The notes under the pieces were generated by a model. The model was not told the DNA's origin. It saw only the letters and a program-made list of their open reading frames with translations, and ran no database searches. Below are positions 16,765 through 27,700 of a stretch of DNA of 64,000 bases, piece by piece. The stretch is from Stigmatella aurantiaca DW4/3-1 (lineage in GTDB: Bacteria; Myxococcota; Myxococcia; Myxococcales; Myxococcaceae): NCBI RefSeq assembly GCF_000165485.1, contig NC_014623.1, forward strand, positions 4,914,893 to 4,978,892. The letters run 5' to 3'. Every line of letters begins with the position of its first letter. The stretch's first letter is position 1. The position numbers and the translations under genes were made by a program.

Positions 16765-18378
16765 ATGCTCGTTGCCGTCGGCATCCTCGCCTCCCGGTTG
16801 ATGGGGTTGGTGCGCGAGCGCGTCTTCGCTCACTATCTGGGCAACTCCGCCGCGGCGGCTGTCTTCAAGGCCGCGCTGCGCATTCCCAACTTTCTGCAGA
16901 ACCTCTTCGGAGAGGGCGTGCTCTCGGGCTCGTTCATCCCGGTATACGCGCAGCTGCTGGGAAAGAAGGACAGCGAGGAGGCGGACCGGGTCGCGGGGGC
17001 CGTCTTCGGGCTGATGGCGCTCGCCACCAGCGTCATGGTGGCGCTGGGCATGGTGGCCACGCCCCTCTTCGTGGACGCCATCGCTCCTGGCTTCGAGGGC
17101 GAGTCCCGGCAGTTGGCCATTCAACTGGTCCGCATCGTCTTTCCCGGGACTGGGCTGCTGGTGCTGTCCGCGTGGTGCCTGGGCATCCTCAACAGCCATC
17201 GCCGCTTCCTCCTGTCTTACTTGGCGCCGGTCGTCTGGAACCTCGTCATCATCGCCGCGCTCGTGCTGGCGGGGGGCCGGATGGGCGAGGCGCGGCTGGT
17301 GGAGGTGCTGGCCTACGCGGTGGTGCTGGGCGGCCTCCTTCAGTTCGGGGTGCAGGTGCCGTCCGTGCTGCGGCTGCTGGGGCGCTTCCGGCCCTCGCTC
17401 TCCGTGGCGAGCGACTCCGTGCGCCAGGTGCTGCGCAGCTTCGTGACGGTCGTCATCGGCCGGGGCGTGGTGCAGATCAGCGCCTACGTGGACACGGCCA
17501 TCGCGTCCTTGTTGTCCGAGCGGGCCCTGTCCTCGCTGTTCTATGCGCAGACGATCTACCTCATCCCGGTGAGCCTCTTCGGCATGGCGGTGTCCGCGGC
17601 GGAACTGCCCGAGATGGCGCGCGCCACGGGAGGCGCCACCGAGGAGGTGAACACGCGGTTGCGCGAGCGCATCGAGGCAGGCGCCCGGCGCGTGGCCTTC
17701 TTCGTCGTGCCGTCGGCCGCCGCGTTCCTCTTCATAGGAGACGTGGTGGGCGCGGCGCTCCTCCAGACGGGCCGCTTCACGGCGGCGGACTCGCGGTACG
17801 TGTGGTACCTGCTGATGGGGTCCGCCGTGGGCTTGGTGTCCGGCACGGTGGGGCGGATCTACTCCTCCACCTATTACGCGATGAAGGACCCGGCGACGCC
17901 GCTGCGCTTCGCGTTGGTGCGCGTCTCCTTGGGAGCCCTCCTGGCCTGGGGGGTGGGTTTGCACCTGGCGCCCTGGATTGGCCTGCCGAGACACCTGAGC
18001 GCCGTCTTCATCACCGTGGCCAGTGGTCTGGCGGCCTGGCTGGAGTCCTTTCTGCTGCGCCGCAAGCTCGTCCGGAAGCTGGGGGGCGCGGTGGGACCCC
18101 CTCCCGGGGTACTCCCCAAGCTGTGGATGTGTGCCCTCATCGCGGGCGGGGTAGGGTTGGCCACCAAATGGGTTCTTTTCCGGAAGTTTGGGCCCATGCC
18201 AGGGGTATCGGAAGAGTGGGGGGGCGGGGTGCTCAGCCCCCCGGCGCTGCACCCGGTGGTAACGTTTCTGGCCGTGGTGGGCCCCTTCGGCGCAGCCTAC
18301 TTTGCCCTCACCGGCGCTCTGGGATTTCCTCAGGCCCAGGCGGTGTTCCGCCGGGCGCGGCGGCTCCTGGGACGGTAG
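16765..18378 (+). CDS. murJ: Lipid II flippase MurJ/MviN
   Basis: 'MLVAVGILASRLMGLVRERVFAHYLGNSAAAAVFKAALRIPNFLQNLFGEGVLSGSFIPVY' is the canonical MurJ N-terminus, with multi-TM continuation. Alternative TTG start at 16678. Confidence 0.9.
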   Translation: MLVAVGILASRLMGLVRERVFAHYLGNSAAAAVFKAALRIPNFLQNLFGEGVLSGSFIPVYAQLLGKKDSEEADRVAGAVFGLMALATSVMVALGMVATPLFVDAIAPGFEGESRQLAIQLVRIVFPGTGLLVLSAWCLGILNSHRRFLLSYLAPVVWNLVIIAALVLAGGRMGEARLVEVLAYAVVLGGLLQFGVQVPSVLRLLGRFRPSLSVASDSVRQVLRSFVTVVIGRGVVQISAYVDTAIASLLSERALSSLFYAQTIYLIPVSLFGMAVSAAELPEMARATGGATEEVNTRLRERIEAGARRVAFFVVPSAAAFLFIGDVVGAALLQTGRFTAADSRYVWYLLMGSAVGLVSGTVGRIYSSTYYAMKDPATPLRFALVRVSLGALLAWGVGLHLAPWIGLPRHLSAVFITVASGLAAWLESFLLRRKLVRKLGGAVGPPPGVLPKLWMCALIAGGVGLATKWVLFRKFGPMPGVSEEWGGGVLSPPALHPVVTFLAVVGPFGAAYFALTGALGFPQAQAVFRRARRLLGR

Positions 18379-18606
18379 GCGGGGAGGACGGATGGCGGGA
18401 GAGGCGCCAGGCATTTCCGGGCGCCCAAGGGGGGGCCCTGTGGGATGGAAGTGACGACGCGCCGCGTTCAAAAAGAACGCAGTGTGCGCGAAAGGAAGCA
18501 AGCGGCTTCCGTCCCAGCCGGGCATCTGTGTAGAGTGCGCCGCCTTTTTCAGGACCCGGTGTTTGCCTGAACCCTGGGCAGGATTTCCTTCAGGAAGGTC
18601 TCGGCA

Positions 18607-20607
18607 GTGAGCGACGAGAAAAGCGGTTCTGGTGGAGCCGGTGGGTTTGGCCCTAAGAAGCCAAAGGCCACCTTCGGCGACGTGATGCTCGGTATTCCCT
18701 CCGGCCGCAGCGGCGAGCGTGAGGGCAAGGGGAGCGACCGTCCCAGCGACAAGGGCCGAGGCCCTGGCCGAGGGGGCGGTGAACGCGAGGCGCGTCCGAA
18801 GCCCGAGGGTGAGGCCGGTGGTCCGTCCGCCTCCACCCCGCGGGAGGAGCGCCGTCCCCGGGGAGACCGGGATCGCGGCGGCGACCGCCGTGGCGGCAGC
18901 GGGGGCGAGCGCAAGCAGGGCCCCATGGTCGTGGTGAAGCGTGCCTCGGGAGTCATCGAGACGCGGAGCCCGTCTGGTGAGCCATCCGCTCCCCCCGAGG
19001 AGGGAGAGGCTTCCGCGGCGCAGGCGGCTCCGGCCACCGAGGCTCCCGCCGCGCCGGCGCCCACGCCCCGTCCTGTCCCCGCGCCAAGCAGCCCGCTCTA
19101 TGAGGACGTGCCCGAGAACGAGTCCTTCGCGGAGATGTTCGAGGCGCAGGTGAAGGAGGGCGGAGTGCCCGCCCGCCGCAGCGTGCGCATCGGTGAGAAG
19201 GTCACCGGGAAGATCTTCCAGCTGGGCGCGGACACGGCGTTCGTTTCGCTCGATGGCGTCAAGAGCGAGGCGATGATCGAGCTGCGCGAGCTGAAGGACG
19301 ATGAGGGGATCCTGCGCTACGGCGTGGGGGATCCGATCGAAGCGCACGTCATCGAGTCGGGCGCGCGCGGCGTCCTGCTGAGCCGTGCGTTGGCCAAGGG
19401 CAGCGCGTCCATGGCCATGCTCGCCGAGGCGAGGGCCTCGGGCATGCCCGTGGAGGGCATGGTGCTGGGCGTGAACAAGGGCGGTGTGGAGGTCGCCATC
19501 GGCGATGTGCGCGCCTTCTGCCCGATCAGCCAGCTCGACGTGCGCTTCGTGGAGAAGCCGGATCAGTTCATCGGCGAGAAGCTGACGTTCCGGGTCACCG
19601 AGGTGAGGGATCGCAACGTGGTGCTCTCGCGCCGCTCGCTGCTCGAGGAGGAGCAGCGCAAGCAGGCCGAGCAGACGCGGAAGACCCTGGCCGAGGGCAA
19701 GGTGATCAAGGGCAAGATCACCGGCGTGCGCGACTTCGGCGCCTTCGTGGACGTGGGCGGAGTGGAGGGGATGATCCCCGTCTCCGAGATGTCCTACCAG
19801 CGCGTCGGCCACCCCAGCGAGGTGGTGAAGGTCGGCGACGAGGTGGAGGTGGAGATCCTCCGCATGGAGGCGGGCCAGCCGAACTCGCCCGACAAGGCGA
19901 AGCAGAAGGAGCGCATCACGCTCTCGCTGCGGGCCCGCCAGGAAGACCCCTTCAAGGTGGCGCTGGCCGAGCTGAAGGAAGGCGACCGGCTCCAGGGCAA
20001 GGTTGTCCGGCTCCAGCAGTTCGGGGCCTTCGTGGAGCTGCGCCCGGGCGTGGATGGCCTGGTGCACATCTCGGCGCTTTCGGATCGCCGCATCGCGCAC
20101 CCGCGGGATGTGGTGCAGGTGGGCGAGACGATCTGGGTGGCGATCGAGAAGATCGATCCCAACGAGAAGCGCATCGGCCTGCGGAAGATCTCCGAGGAGG
20201 ATGCGCAGCGTCCTGCCGAGGAGCGCCCGGCCCCGGCCGCGGCGAAGGCCGCCGAGCCCCAGGCGCCGCGCCCGAAGGTGGGCCAGGTGGTCACTGGCAA
20301 GGTGGATCGCATCGAGCCGTATGGCGTCTTCCTGGCGTTCCCGGGCGGCAAGGGGTTGATCCCCGCCGCCGAGACGGGCACGGACCGGGGCACGGATCTG
20401 CGCAAGCACTTCTCGCTGGGCCAGGAGGTGAAGGTGGCCATCCTGGACATCGATGCTTCCGGGAAGATCCGCCTGTCGATCACCGCCGCCGAGCGAGCAG
20501 AGGAGCGCGCGGAGCTGGACGCCTGGCAGAAGTCCCAGAAGCCCGCGAGCGGTGGGGGCAAGGGCTTTGGAACGCTCGCCGACCTGCTGAAGAACCGGAA
20601 GGTTTGA
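18607..20607 (+). CDS. S1 RNA-binding-domain protein (ribosomal protein S1-like) with Arg/Gly-rich disordered N-terminus
   Basis: 666 aa. About 130-aa RG/RGG-rich low-complexity head (GGGEREARP...RGDRDRGGDRRGGSGGERKQG) followed by several S1/OB repeats (..GEKVTGKIF.., ..GKVIKGKITGV.., ..GDRLQGKVVRL.., ..GQVVTGKVDRI..). Confidence 0.85.
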   Translation: MSDEKSGSGGAGGFGPKKPKATFGDVMLGIPSGRSGEREGKGSDRPSDKGRGPGRGGGEREARPKPEGEAGGPSASTPREERRPRGDRDRGGDRRGGSGGERKQGPMVVVKRASGVIETRSPSGEPSAPPEEGEASAAQAAPATEAPAAPAPTPRPVPAPSSPLYEDVPENESFAEMFEAQVKEGGVPARRSVRIGEKVTGKIFQLGADTAFVSLDGVKSEAMIELRELKDDEGILRYGVGDPIEAHVIESGARGVLLSRALAKGSASMAMLAEARASGMPVEGMVLGVNKGGVEVAIGDVRAFCPISQLDVRFVEKPDQFIGEKLTFRVTEVRDRNVVLSRRSLLEEEQRKQAEQTRKTLAEGKVIKGKITGVRDFGAFVDVGGVEGMIPVSEMSYQRVGHPSEVVKVGDEVEVEILRMEAGQPNSPDKAKQKERITLSLRARQEDPFKVALAELKEGDRLQGKVVRLQQFGAFVELRPGVDGLVHISALSDRRIAHPRDVVQVGETIWVAIEKIDPNEKRIGLRKISEEDAQRPAEERPAPAAAKAAEPQAPRPKVGQVVTGKVDRIEPYGVFLAFPGGKGLIPAAETGTDRGTDLRKHFSLGQEVKVAILDIDASGKIRLSITAAERAEERAELDAWQKSQKPASGGGKGFGTLADLLKNRKV

Positions 20608-20631
20608 GCCAGGGGCCGCAGGGAAAAAGGT

Positions 20632-20660
20632 GTTGACGGTCCGGTGGGGGGGCGGTACTT
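20632..20660 (+). promoter_or_regulatory. Putative sigma-70-type promoter for the tRNA-fMet tandem
   Basis: TTGACG-N17-TACTTA upstream of the first tRNA. Confidence 0.35.
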
Positions 20661-20675
20661 AGCCTCCCACTTCGC

Positions 20676-20750
<75 letters not shown>

Positions 20751-20761
20751 TCGTAAGTCCG

Positions 20762-20792
20762 GGGGCTCTTCCGGGATGACTGGAAGAGCCCC
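20762..20792 (+). terminator. Hairpin between the two tRNA copies
   Basis: GGGGCTCTTCC-gggatgact-GGAAGAGCCCC; weak T tract. Confidence 0.35.
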
Positions 20793-20823
20793 AGGTGTTT
20801 CCAGCAGCGAATCATCTCCATAT

Positions 20824-20898
<75 letters not shown>

Positions 20899-20904
20899 TC
20901 GAAG

Positions 20905-20937
20905 GCCCCAGTCGCTTCCAAGCGGCTGGGGCTTTTT
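20905..20937 (+). terminator. Rho-independent terminator after the tRNA tandem
   Basis: GCCCCAG-tcgcttccaagcgg-CTGGGGC followed by TTTTT. Confidence 0.6.
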
Positions 20938-20966
20938 GCGTTTGGGGCTTCGAAAGGAAAGCACGG

Positions 20967-21707
20967 ATGAGCCAGCGGACTGCGGTGGTGATCGGTGTGG
21001 GCGCAGAGCAAGGACTCGGGGCGGCGCTGTGCCGCCGTTTCGCTGCGGAGGGCTATCACGTGCTCGTCGCGGGCCGGACCGCCGCGAAGCTTGAGCAGAC
21101 AGCCCAGACGATTGGAGCTGCGGGTGGAAGCGCGGAAGCCTGGGTCACGGACACGACGCGTGAGGAGGACGTCATCCGCTTGTTCGACCGGGCCATGGCT
21201 CCGGGTGAAGGCCGTGAGCCGGCGGATCTCGTGGTGTTCAACGCAGGCAACAATCAACGGATCGACTTCCGCGAGCTCACCGCCGGGCAGTTCGAGGAGT
21301 TCTGGCGAGTGGGTTGCTTTGGAGGCTTTCTCGTGGGCCGCGAGGCTGCCCGGCGCCTCGTGCCGCTCGGGCGGGGAACCGTGATTTTCACCGGCGCGTC
21401 GGGAAGTCTCCGTGGCAAGCCTGGCTATGCCCAATTCGCGGCGGCGAAAGCAGGGCTGCGGATGATCAGCCAGAGCATGGCCCGTGAATATGGCCCGCTG
21501 GGCATCCACGTCGCCCACGTTGTGATTGATGGCGGGATCGACGGCGAGCGCCTGCGCAAGCTGGTGCCGCAAGCCATTGAGGCGCGCGGAGAGGATGGCC
21601 TGCTCGGTATCGATGCCATTGCCGACACCTACTGGCAGATTCACCGGCAGCCGCGCTCGGCCTGGACTCAGGAGACGGATCTGCGGCCGTTCAAGGAAAG
21701 CTTCTGA
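20967..21707 (+). CDS. SDR-family short-chain dehydrogenase/reductase
   Basis: 'TAVVIGVGAEQGLGAALCRRFAAEGYHVLVAGR' Rossmann motif, ~246 aa; SDR architecture. Confidence 0.85.
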   Translation: MSQRTAVVIGVGAEQGLGAALCRRFAAEGYHVLVAGRTAAKLEQTAQTIGAAGGSAEAWVTDTTREEDVIRLFDRAMAPGEGREPADLVVFNAGNNQRIDFRELTAGQFEEFWRVGCFGGFLVGREAARRLVPLGRGTVIFTGASGSLRGKPGYAQFAAAKAGLRMISQSMAREYGPLGIHVAHVVIDGGIDGERLRKLVPQAIEARGEDGLLGIDAIADTYWQIHRQPRSAWTQETDLRPFKESF

Positions 21708-22414
21708 GCCTCGGGTGTCTCGCGGTCCCGGTGCGAGTCCAGATAGGCGCCGAAGCCTGCCTTGGACTGGATGCGAAAGGGCGGAAGGCGCGCGAGGGCC
21801 TCTTCCCCAAAGGCGTACTGTTCACAGACGAGGCTTGCCCGTAGCGCGCCCTCAGGCCCTCCCGTGAACGGCTGAACCTCATGCTGAAGGTCTCCCCGGA
21901 ACTGCACGAGCAGGCCAGGCCGGGGATGGACCTGTCCCACCGGGCGGTCGTCTCGCAGCATGCGCAGCGCGCCCCCGTGGACCCCCGAGGGGACCTGGAG
22001 GTAGAGCACGCTCACGTGCTCTGGGACGGCATCCGGGACGCCGCTGGGATCCTGAAGTGTGGCGTCGATGTGCCTGCCCACGCCCTTGCCTGCTTCGAGC
22101 AGCAGCAGGTTGACGTAGAAGGCGTTGGGCCGGAGCCGCTCCGGGCGGGGGCCGAAGAGCCGCTCACGCCAGGGCAGCAGCCCGCGCACCGTCGCGGGAG
22201 AAGTCACCAACGCCAGATAGTCCGAGAGGAACGGGAAGCGCTCTTCCAAAGTGGTCCGGCCCGCCTCGGTGAAAATGAAGGCAAAGCCTCGGCTGGCCTG
22301 GAACGTGCCCATCAGGGGGCTTCGGGCCACGAAACGCGAGGTGAGCAAAGCCTCCCGGAGGGATTCCAGCGAAGGGCCGTTCAGGGCGTCGCGGTGGGTG
22401 ACGTACTCGCTCAC
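21668..22414 (-). CDS. 2OG-Fe(II)-oxygenase-superfamily (PhyH-like) protein
   Basis: C-terminal part of the track's 21668..23335 ORF. HxD 'GRHIDAT', distal His 'LQHEVQP' and 'RAS' form the facial triad. Start candidates are GTG 22414 or ATG 22312. The upstream part of the ORF overlaps ppk in antisense and is rejected. 3' end overlaps the SDR gene 3' end convergently. Confidence 0.5.
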   Translation of the reverse strand: MSEYVTHRDALNGPSLESLREALLTSRFVARSPLMGTFQASRGFAFIFTEAGRTTLEERFPFLSDYLALVTSPATVRGLLPWRERLFGPRPERLRPNAFYVNLLLLEAGKGVGRHIDATLQDPSGVPDAVPEHVSVLYLQVPSGVHGGALRMLRDDRPVGQVHPRPGLLVQFRGDLQHEVQPFTGGPEGALRASLVCEQYAFGEEALARLPPFRIQSKAGFGAYLDSHRDRETPEAQKLSLNGRRSVS

Positions 22415-22491
22415 GGACAGGAGCGTACCGGCTCCTGGAAAAAAGGGGGATGCCCGTGAGGGGTGGGGCGCTTGCCTGCTGGCCCTCCCGC

Positions 22492-24639
22492 TCAGGTCAT
22501 CGGTCGGCCGCTGCTGGCCTGGGCCATGCGCACCGCCCGCTCCATCAACTCTCCCTGCGCCCAGCGCTTCTCCCCCTGGGGCGTGCGCCGTTGCCACGTG
22601 CCACCCATTTGAAGTTCCCAGGCATGGGTGTTGTCCGCGAGGGACCGGTCGAGCAGATCCCGGACCTGTGCCAGCAACTGTCCATCCTCCACGGGAACCA
22701 GTGCCTCGACCCGATGGTCCAGGTTGCGGGGCATCAAGTCCGCCGAGCCGATGAAGCAGCGCACCCCACCGGCCCGCTCGAACAGGTAGATGCGCGAGTG
22801 TTCGAGGAAGCGGCCCAGCGTCGACACCACCCGGATGTTCTCGGACAGGCCGGGGACCCCGGGCCGCAGGCAGCAGATGCCCCGGATATTGAGTTCCACC
22901 TTCACCCCGGCACGGGCCGCGCCGTACAGGGCCTGGATCATCGCCGGATCCACCAAGGCGTTCATCTTCAACTGGATGCGCGCCGGGTGCTCCGGGGAGT
23001 GGGCCTCTGCCGTCCGGCGGATCTCCTCCAGCAGGCCCTGCCGCATGTTGAGGGGCGCCACCAGCAGCTTGCGGAAGGACTGGGGGCGGGCAAAGCCGGT
23101 CAGGAAGTTGAAGAGGTCCGCCACGTCCGCGCCAATCTCGGGATCCGTGGTGAACAGCCCCAGGTCCGTGTAGAGCCGCGCCGTCTTCGGGTTGTAGTTG
23201 CCGGTCCCGATGTGGACGTAGTGGCGCACCTTCTCGCCCTCGCGGCGGACGATGAGGATGGCCTTGGCGTGCGTCTTGAGGCCGGGGATGCCATAGACGA
23301 CGTGCACCCCAGCTTCCTCCAGGGCCATCGCCCACCGGATGTTGGTGCGCTCATCGAAGCGGGCCTTGAGCTCCACCATGCACACGGCCTGCTTGCCGCT
23401 CTCCGTGGCGCGGATGAGGGCGGGCACCAGGGGCGAGCTGTCCGAGGTCCGGTACACCGTCTGCTTGATCGCGAGGACATCGGGATCCTCCACCGCCTGG
23501 GTGACGAAGCACTCCACCGAGGAGGAAAAGGACTCATAGGGGTGGTGGACGAGCAGATCACCCCGGCGCATCGCCGCCACCACCGAGAGGGGCTCTCCGT
23601 CCGAGTCCGAACGCAGCCGGGGCTGGGTCACGGGGGTCCACGGTGGATCCTTCAGCTCGGTGAAGCCCGGGGTGCCCAGCAGCGCGTGGAGATCCGTCAG
23701 GGCGAGCAACCCTTGCTCCGCGTAGACCTGACGAGGCTCCAGCCCGAGCGCCTCCACCAGCGGCTCGAGCAGCTTGGGGTTCATGCCCGCCTGGATCTCC
23801 AGGCGGACGACATTGCCGAAGCGGCGCTCGCGCAACTCCGCCTGCACGGCCACCAGGAGATCCTCGGCATCGTCCGACACCGTGAAGTCCGCATCCCGGG
23901 TGACGCGGAACAGCCCGTGGTCCAGCACCTCCATGCCCGGAAACAGCGCGCTCAGGTGGTGGGCGATGATGTCCTCGAGCGGGACGAAGTCCGTGCGGCC
24001 CTTGAGCGGCACGAAGCGGGGCAGGGCCTCGGTGGGGACCTTCACCCGCGCCACGTTCTCTGTCTCCGCCACGGGATCTCGGAGCAGCACCGCCAGGCTC
24101 AGCGAGAGGTTGGAGATATAGGGGAAGTGCCGTCCGAGCCCGATGGCCAAGGGGGTGAGCACCGGGAAGATCTGCTCGCGGAAGCGCTGGTCCACTTGCG
24201 CCCGGGCCTCCGGATCGAGCGCCCCCATGGAGAGAATGCGCAGGCCTTTTTCCGCCAGGGCGGGGCGCAGGCTCCGCTCGAAGCAGGCGCTGTGCCGCTG
24301 GCCTTGCTCGAGGATCTTCGCGTTCAGCTGGTCGATCGTCTCGCCTGGGTCCGCCCCATCCGGGACCAGCCGGGCCACACCGGAGCGGGCCTGCTCGTGC
24401 AGCCGGGCCACCCGGATCATGAAGAACTCATCCAGGTTGCGGGCGTAGATGGCGCAGAACTTCAGGCGCTCCATCAGGAATTCCGAGGGATCCTCGGCAA
24501 GCTGGAGTACCCGGTCGTTGAAGGCGAGCCAGGACAGCTCCCGGTTGAAGAAGAGGTTCCGGTCCGGCAGCTCCACGCCTTCCGGAATGACATCCCGCTC
24601 ACTGGGCTTGGGGGGGTTGCCCTTGCCGCGCTTCGCCAT
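22492..24639 (-). CDS. ppk: Polyphosphate kinase 1
   Basis: 'LFFNRELSWLAFNDRVLQLAEDP...' PPK1 N-terminus and both PLD-like catalytic domains over ~715 aa. Start at internal ATG (MAKRGKG). Confidence 0.95.
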   Translation of the reverse strand: MAKRGKGNPPKPSERDVIPEGVELPDRNLFFNRELSWLAFNDRVLQLAEDPSEFLMERLKFCAIYARNLDEFFMIRVARLHEQARSGVARLVPDGADPGETIDQLNAKILEQGQRHSACFERSLRPALAEKGLRILSMGALDPEARAQVDQRFREQIFPVLTPLAIGLGRHFPYISNLSLSLAVLLRDPVAETENVARVKVPTEALPRFVPLKGRTDFVPLEDIIAHHLSALFPGMEVLDHGLFRVTRDADFTVSDDAEDLLVAVQAELRERRFGNVVRLEIQAGMNPKLLEPLVEALGLEPRQVYAEQGLLALTDLHALLGTPGFTELKDPPWTPVTQPRLRSDSDGEPLSVVAAMRRGDLLVHHPYESFSSSVECFVTQAVEDPDVLAIKQTVYRTSDSSPLVPALIRATESGKQAVCMVELKARFDERTNIRWAMALEEAGVHVVYGIPGLKTHAKAILIVRREGEKVRHYVHIGTGNYNPKTARLYTDLGLFTTDPEIGADVADLFNFLTGFARPQSFRKLLVAPLNMRQGLLEEIRRTAEAHSPEHPARIQLKMNALVDPAMIQALYGAARAGVKVELNIRGICCLRPGVPGLSENIRVVSTLGRFLEHSRIYLFERAGGVRCFIGSADLMPRNLDHRVEALVPVEDGQLLAQVRDLLDRSLADNTHAWELQMGGTWQRRTPQGEKRWAQGELMERAVRMAQASSGRPMT

Positions 24640-24760
24640 GCCTGGGCCCTCTGGGGTGGACCGGGGATGCGAACAAGCCTCCTCCCGGCATACCAGATGG
24701 GGTTTTGGCTTTTTTACACTTTGAGACAAAGTGCGTCCGCCACTGCTGGAGGGTTTCACC

Positions 24761-27700
24761 GTGTCCAGACGTATTCATCTCACGCGAGGGGTATGTCTCG
24801 TCGCGGTGTTTCTTGGCTTCGGAGCGTTCGCTCAAGGCTCCTCGGTCATCACCGGGACCATCCTCGACACCGAGACGCGCAAGCCCCTGGCGGACGCGGT
24901 GGTGACGGTCACCGCGCCCCAGCTCCAGGGCGAGCAGGTGGTCCTCACCGATGCGAGCGGCCTCTACCGCCTCCCCCAGCTTCCCTCGGGTGTCTACACG
25001 CTGCGCGTGGAGCGCGATGGCTTCAAGCCGTATGCGCGCGGTGACATCACCCTGCGCCTGGACCGCACCATCCGCGTCAACGTCGAGTTGCTGCCGGATG
25101 CCCTGGGCGAGGAGATGTCGGTGACGGCCGCGCCGCCCACCGTGGACCTGGGCTCGAGCGCTCAGGGCGTGAGCGTGGACGCGGAGGTGCTGCGCAACCT
25201 GGCGGTCATCCGCCCGGGGACGAAAGGGTCGGCCTCGCGCTCCTTCGAGTCCCTGGCCGAGCTGGCCCCGGGCGCTCAGGAGGACACCTACGGGGTGAGC
25301 ATCAACGGCAGCAGCTCCCCGGAGAGCCAGTACGTCGTCGACGGCCTGTCCGTGAATGATCCCGGCGTGGGCACGGTGGGCACCCCCCTGTCCGTGGAGT
25401 TCGTCAAGGAGGTCAACGTCATCACCAGCGGCTACATGCCCGAGTACGGCCGCTCCACGGGCGGCGTCCTCAACGTCGTCACCAAGTCCGGCTCCAACGA
25501 GTTCCACGGCTCTGTTTTCGCCAACATCGCCCCGGGCTTCCTTCAGACCTCGGCGCTCGCCATCCAGCAGCAGGGGAGCGTCATCTCCGCGCAGGGCAAG
25601 CCGTGGAACCTGGGCGATTTCGGTTTCGACCTGGGCGGGCCGATTCTCAAGGACAAGCTCTGGTTCTACGGAGGCGTGGCGCCCTCGTTCAACCGCATCC
25701 GCGTGGAGCGGCAGGTCAACGCGCTGGACATCTGCACCGAGCTGGATCCCGAGAACGGCTGCGAGCGGGTCGGCAACGCGCGCATCGATCCGGAGACCCG
25801 CTACACGCGGACGATTCCCCTCGAGGGCAGCCAGGTCAACCGCTTCGCGGACGAGCGGAGCGTTCAGTACCTGGCCAAGCTGACGTACCTCTTCAACCCG
25901 GATCACAACCTCTCGCTGTCCGCCTTCGGCACGCCCCGATCCTCGGGAGGGCAGGGCAAGTACTCCTTCAGTGACGATGGGGCTCCCGAGGTGTGCTCGG
26001 GGTTGTCGTGTACCGCCTACGTCCAGGGGACCTACGACTCCATCGCCACCCGGCGGGAGAACGATGCGCTGGACCTGGTGGCCAAGCAGTCCTCGTCGTT
26101 CTTCAACAAGACCTTGCTCATCGACGCCACGGTGGGCTGGCACCACCAGGAGGATTCGATCCTTCCGTCGGATGGCTCGGGGCTGAATACGGGCGTGGGC
26201 CTGTCCGCCGAGCCCCGCATCAGCTGGCGCCGCACGCGCAACCCGGGCTACCACACCATCCTCGAGTTCGAGGACCTGCCGGACACGAGTGCCTGCGGGA
26301 CCACCGTGGCCGAGCAGCGGCAGCGCTGCCCGGTGAGCGCGTACTCCACGGGAGGACCGGGCACCATCAGCATCCAGCGGCTGGATCGCGTCCAGGGCAA
26401 GGTGCTGGGCACGTACCTGGTCCAGGCGTTGGGCCACCACATCATCAAGGCGGGCTTCGACGCGGAGCGGACGAGCTTCTACAACAACCGGGCGCGCACC
26501 GGCTTCGCCCACTGGCAGGAGTGCACGGACGGCTCGTGCTTCTTCAGCCTGAACCAGTATGGCTACCTGGCGGCGCCCGACACGCCCGTCTTCCTCGAAA
26601 CCAAGGAAGGCACCTCAAGCTCAGTGACGGTGGGCGGCTTCATCCAGGACAGCTGGTCCGTGCTCGACAAGGTCACCGTCAACGCCGGTGTGCGCTACGA
26701 CATGCAGACGCTCTGGGGGCTCGACGACAAGGTGGGGCTGAACCTGCCCAACCAGTGGTCGCCGCGCGTTGGCGTCATCTACGACTTCACCCAGCAAGGG
26801 CGCTCGAAGCTGTTCGTGAACTACGCCCGCTTCTTCGAGAGCGTGCCGCTGGACATGGCGGACCTCTCCTTCCCGCAGCAGCAGCTCCTGTCGGCCACGT
26901 ACAAGGCGCCGCCGTGCGATCTCACCGAGCCGGGGAACCTGGAGAACACCTGCTCCGTCGCCCCCAACCGGGACGTCATCGGCAACCTGGAGAGCCCCAA
27001 CCAGGGATGGGATGCCCAGGGCGGAGACCGGGTCTCCGTGGATCCCAACATCGAGCCCCAGTCCATGGACGAGCTCTCCGTGGGCGCCGAGTACGAACTG
27101 CTGCTGGGCCGCTTCGGGGCCGCCTATACGCTGCGCAGCCTCAACAACGTCATCGAGGACATGAGCCGGGACGATGGCAACACGTTCTTTCTGGGCAACC
27201 CCGGCAAGGGATACTCGTCGGATTTCCCGGTGGCGCGCCGCCGGTACGACGGGGTGAACCTCTACTACCAGAAGAACTTCTCGAACCTGTGGCTCGCCCA
27301 GGCGAGCTACACGTGGTCCCGGCTGCGCGGCAACTACTCGGGGCTCTTCCGGGCGGACACCGGCCAGCTCTCGCCGAACCTGACGCGGGACTTCGATCTG
27401 CTCTCGCTGACGTTCAACCGCGAAGGCCCCTTGCCAGGCGATCGGACCCACAGCTTCAAGCTGTTTGGTGCGCGCGAGTTCGTGTTCAACCAGGTCGCGA
27501 GCCTCAATGTGGGGGGCAGCTACCGCGCCCGCTCGGGCACGCCACTCAACTACCTGGGGGCCCACCCGCAGCGCAGTGGCTCGGAGACGTTCATCCTGCC
27601 GCGAGGCAGCGGCGGGCGCCTGCCCTGGGTGCACGGCGTCGACACGCACGTGGGTTTCAACCTGAAGGTGGTGAAGGACTCCACCCTGAGCCTTTCGCTG

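Noticed and set aside
16705-20409. 1234-aa minus-strand ORF
   Set aside because: Antisense to murJ and the S1-domain gene; R/G/H-rich garbage composition.
22313-23335. Upstream 340 codons of the 21668..23335 minus ORF; plus ORFs 21881..22459 and 22450..25044
   Set aside because: Overlap ppk1 in antisense or out-of-frame; only the 3' 2OG-oxygenase-like part was kept.
24599-26512. 637-aa minus ORF and 25993..27987 plus ORF
   Set aside because: Alternative frames over the TonB-dependent receptor gene.
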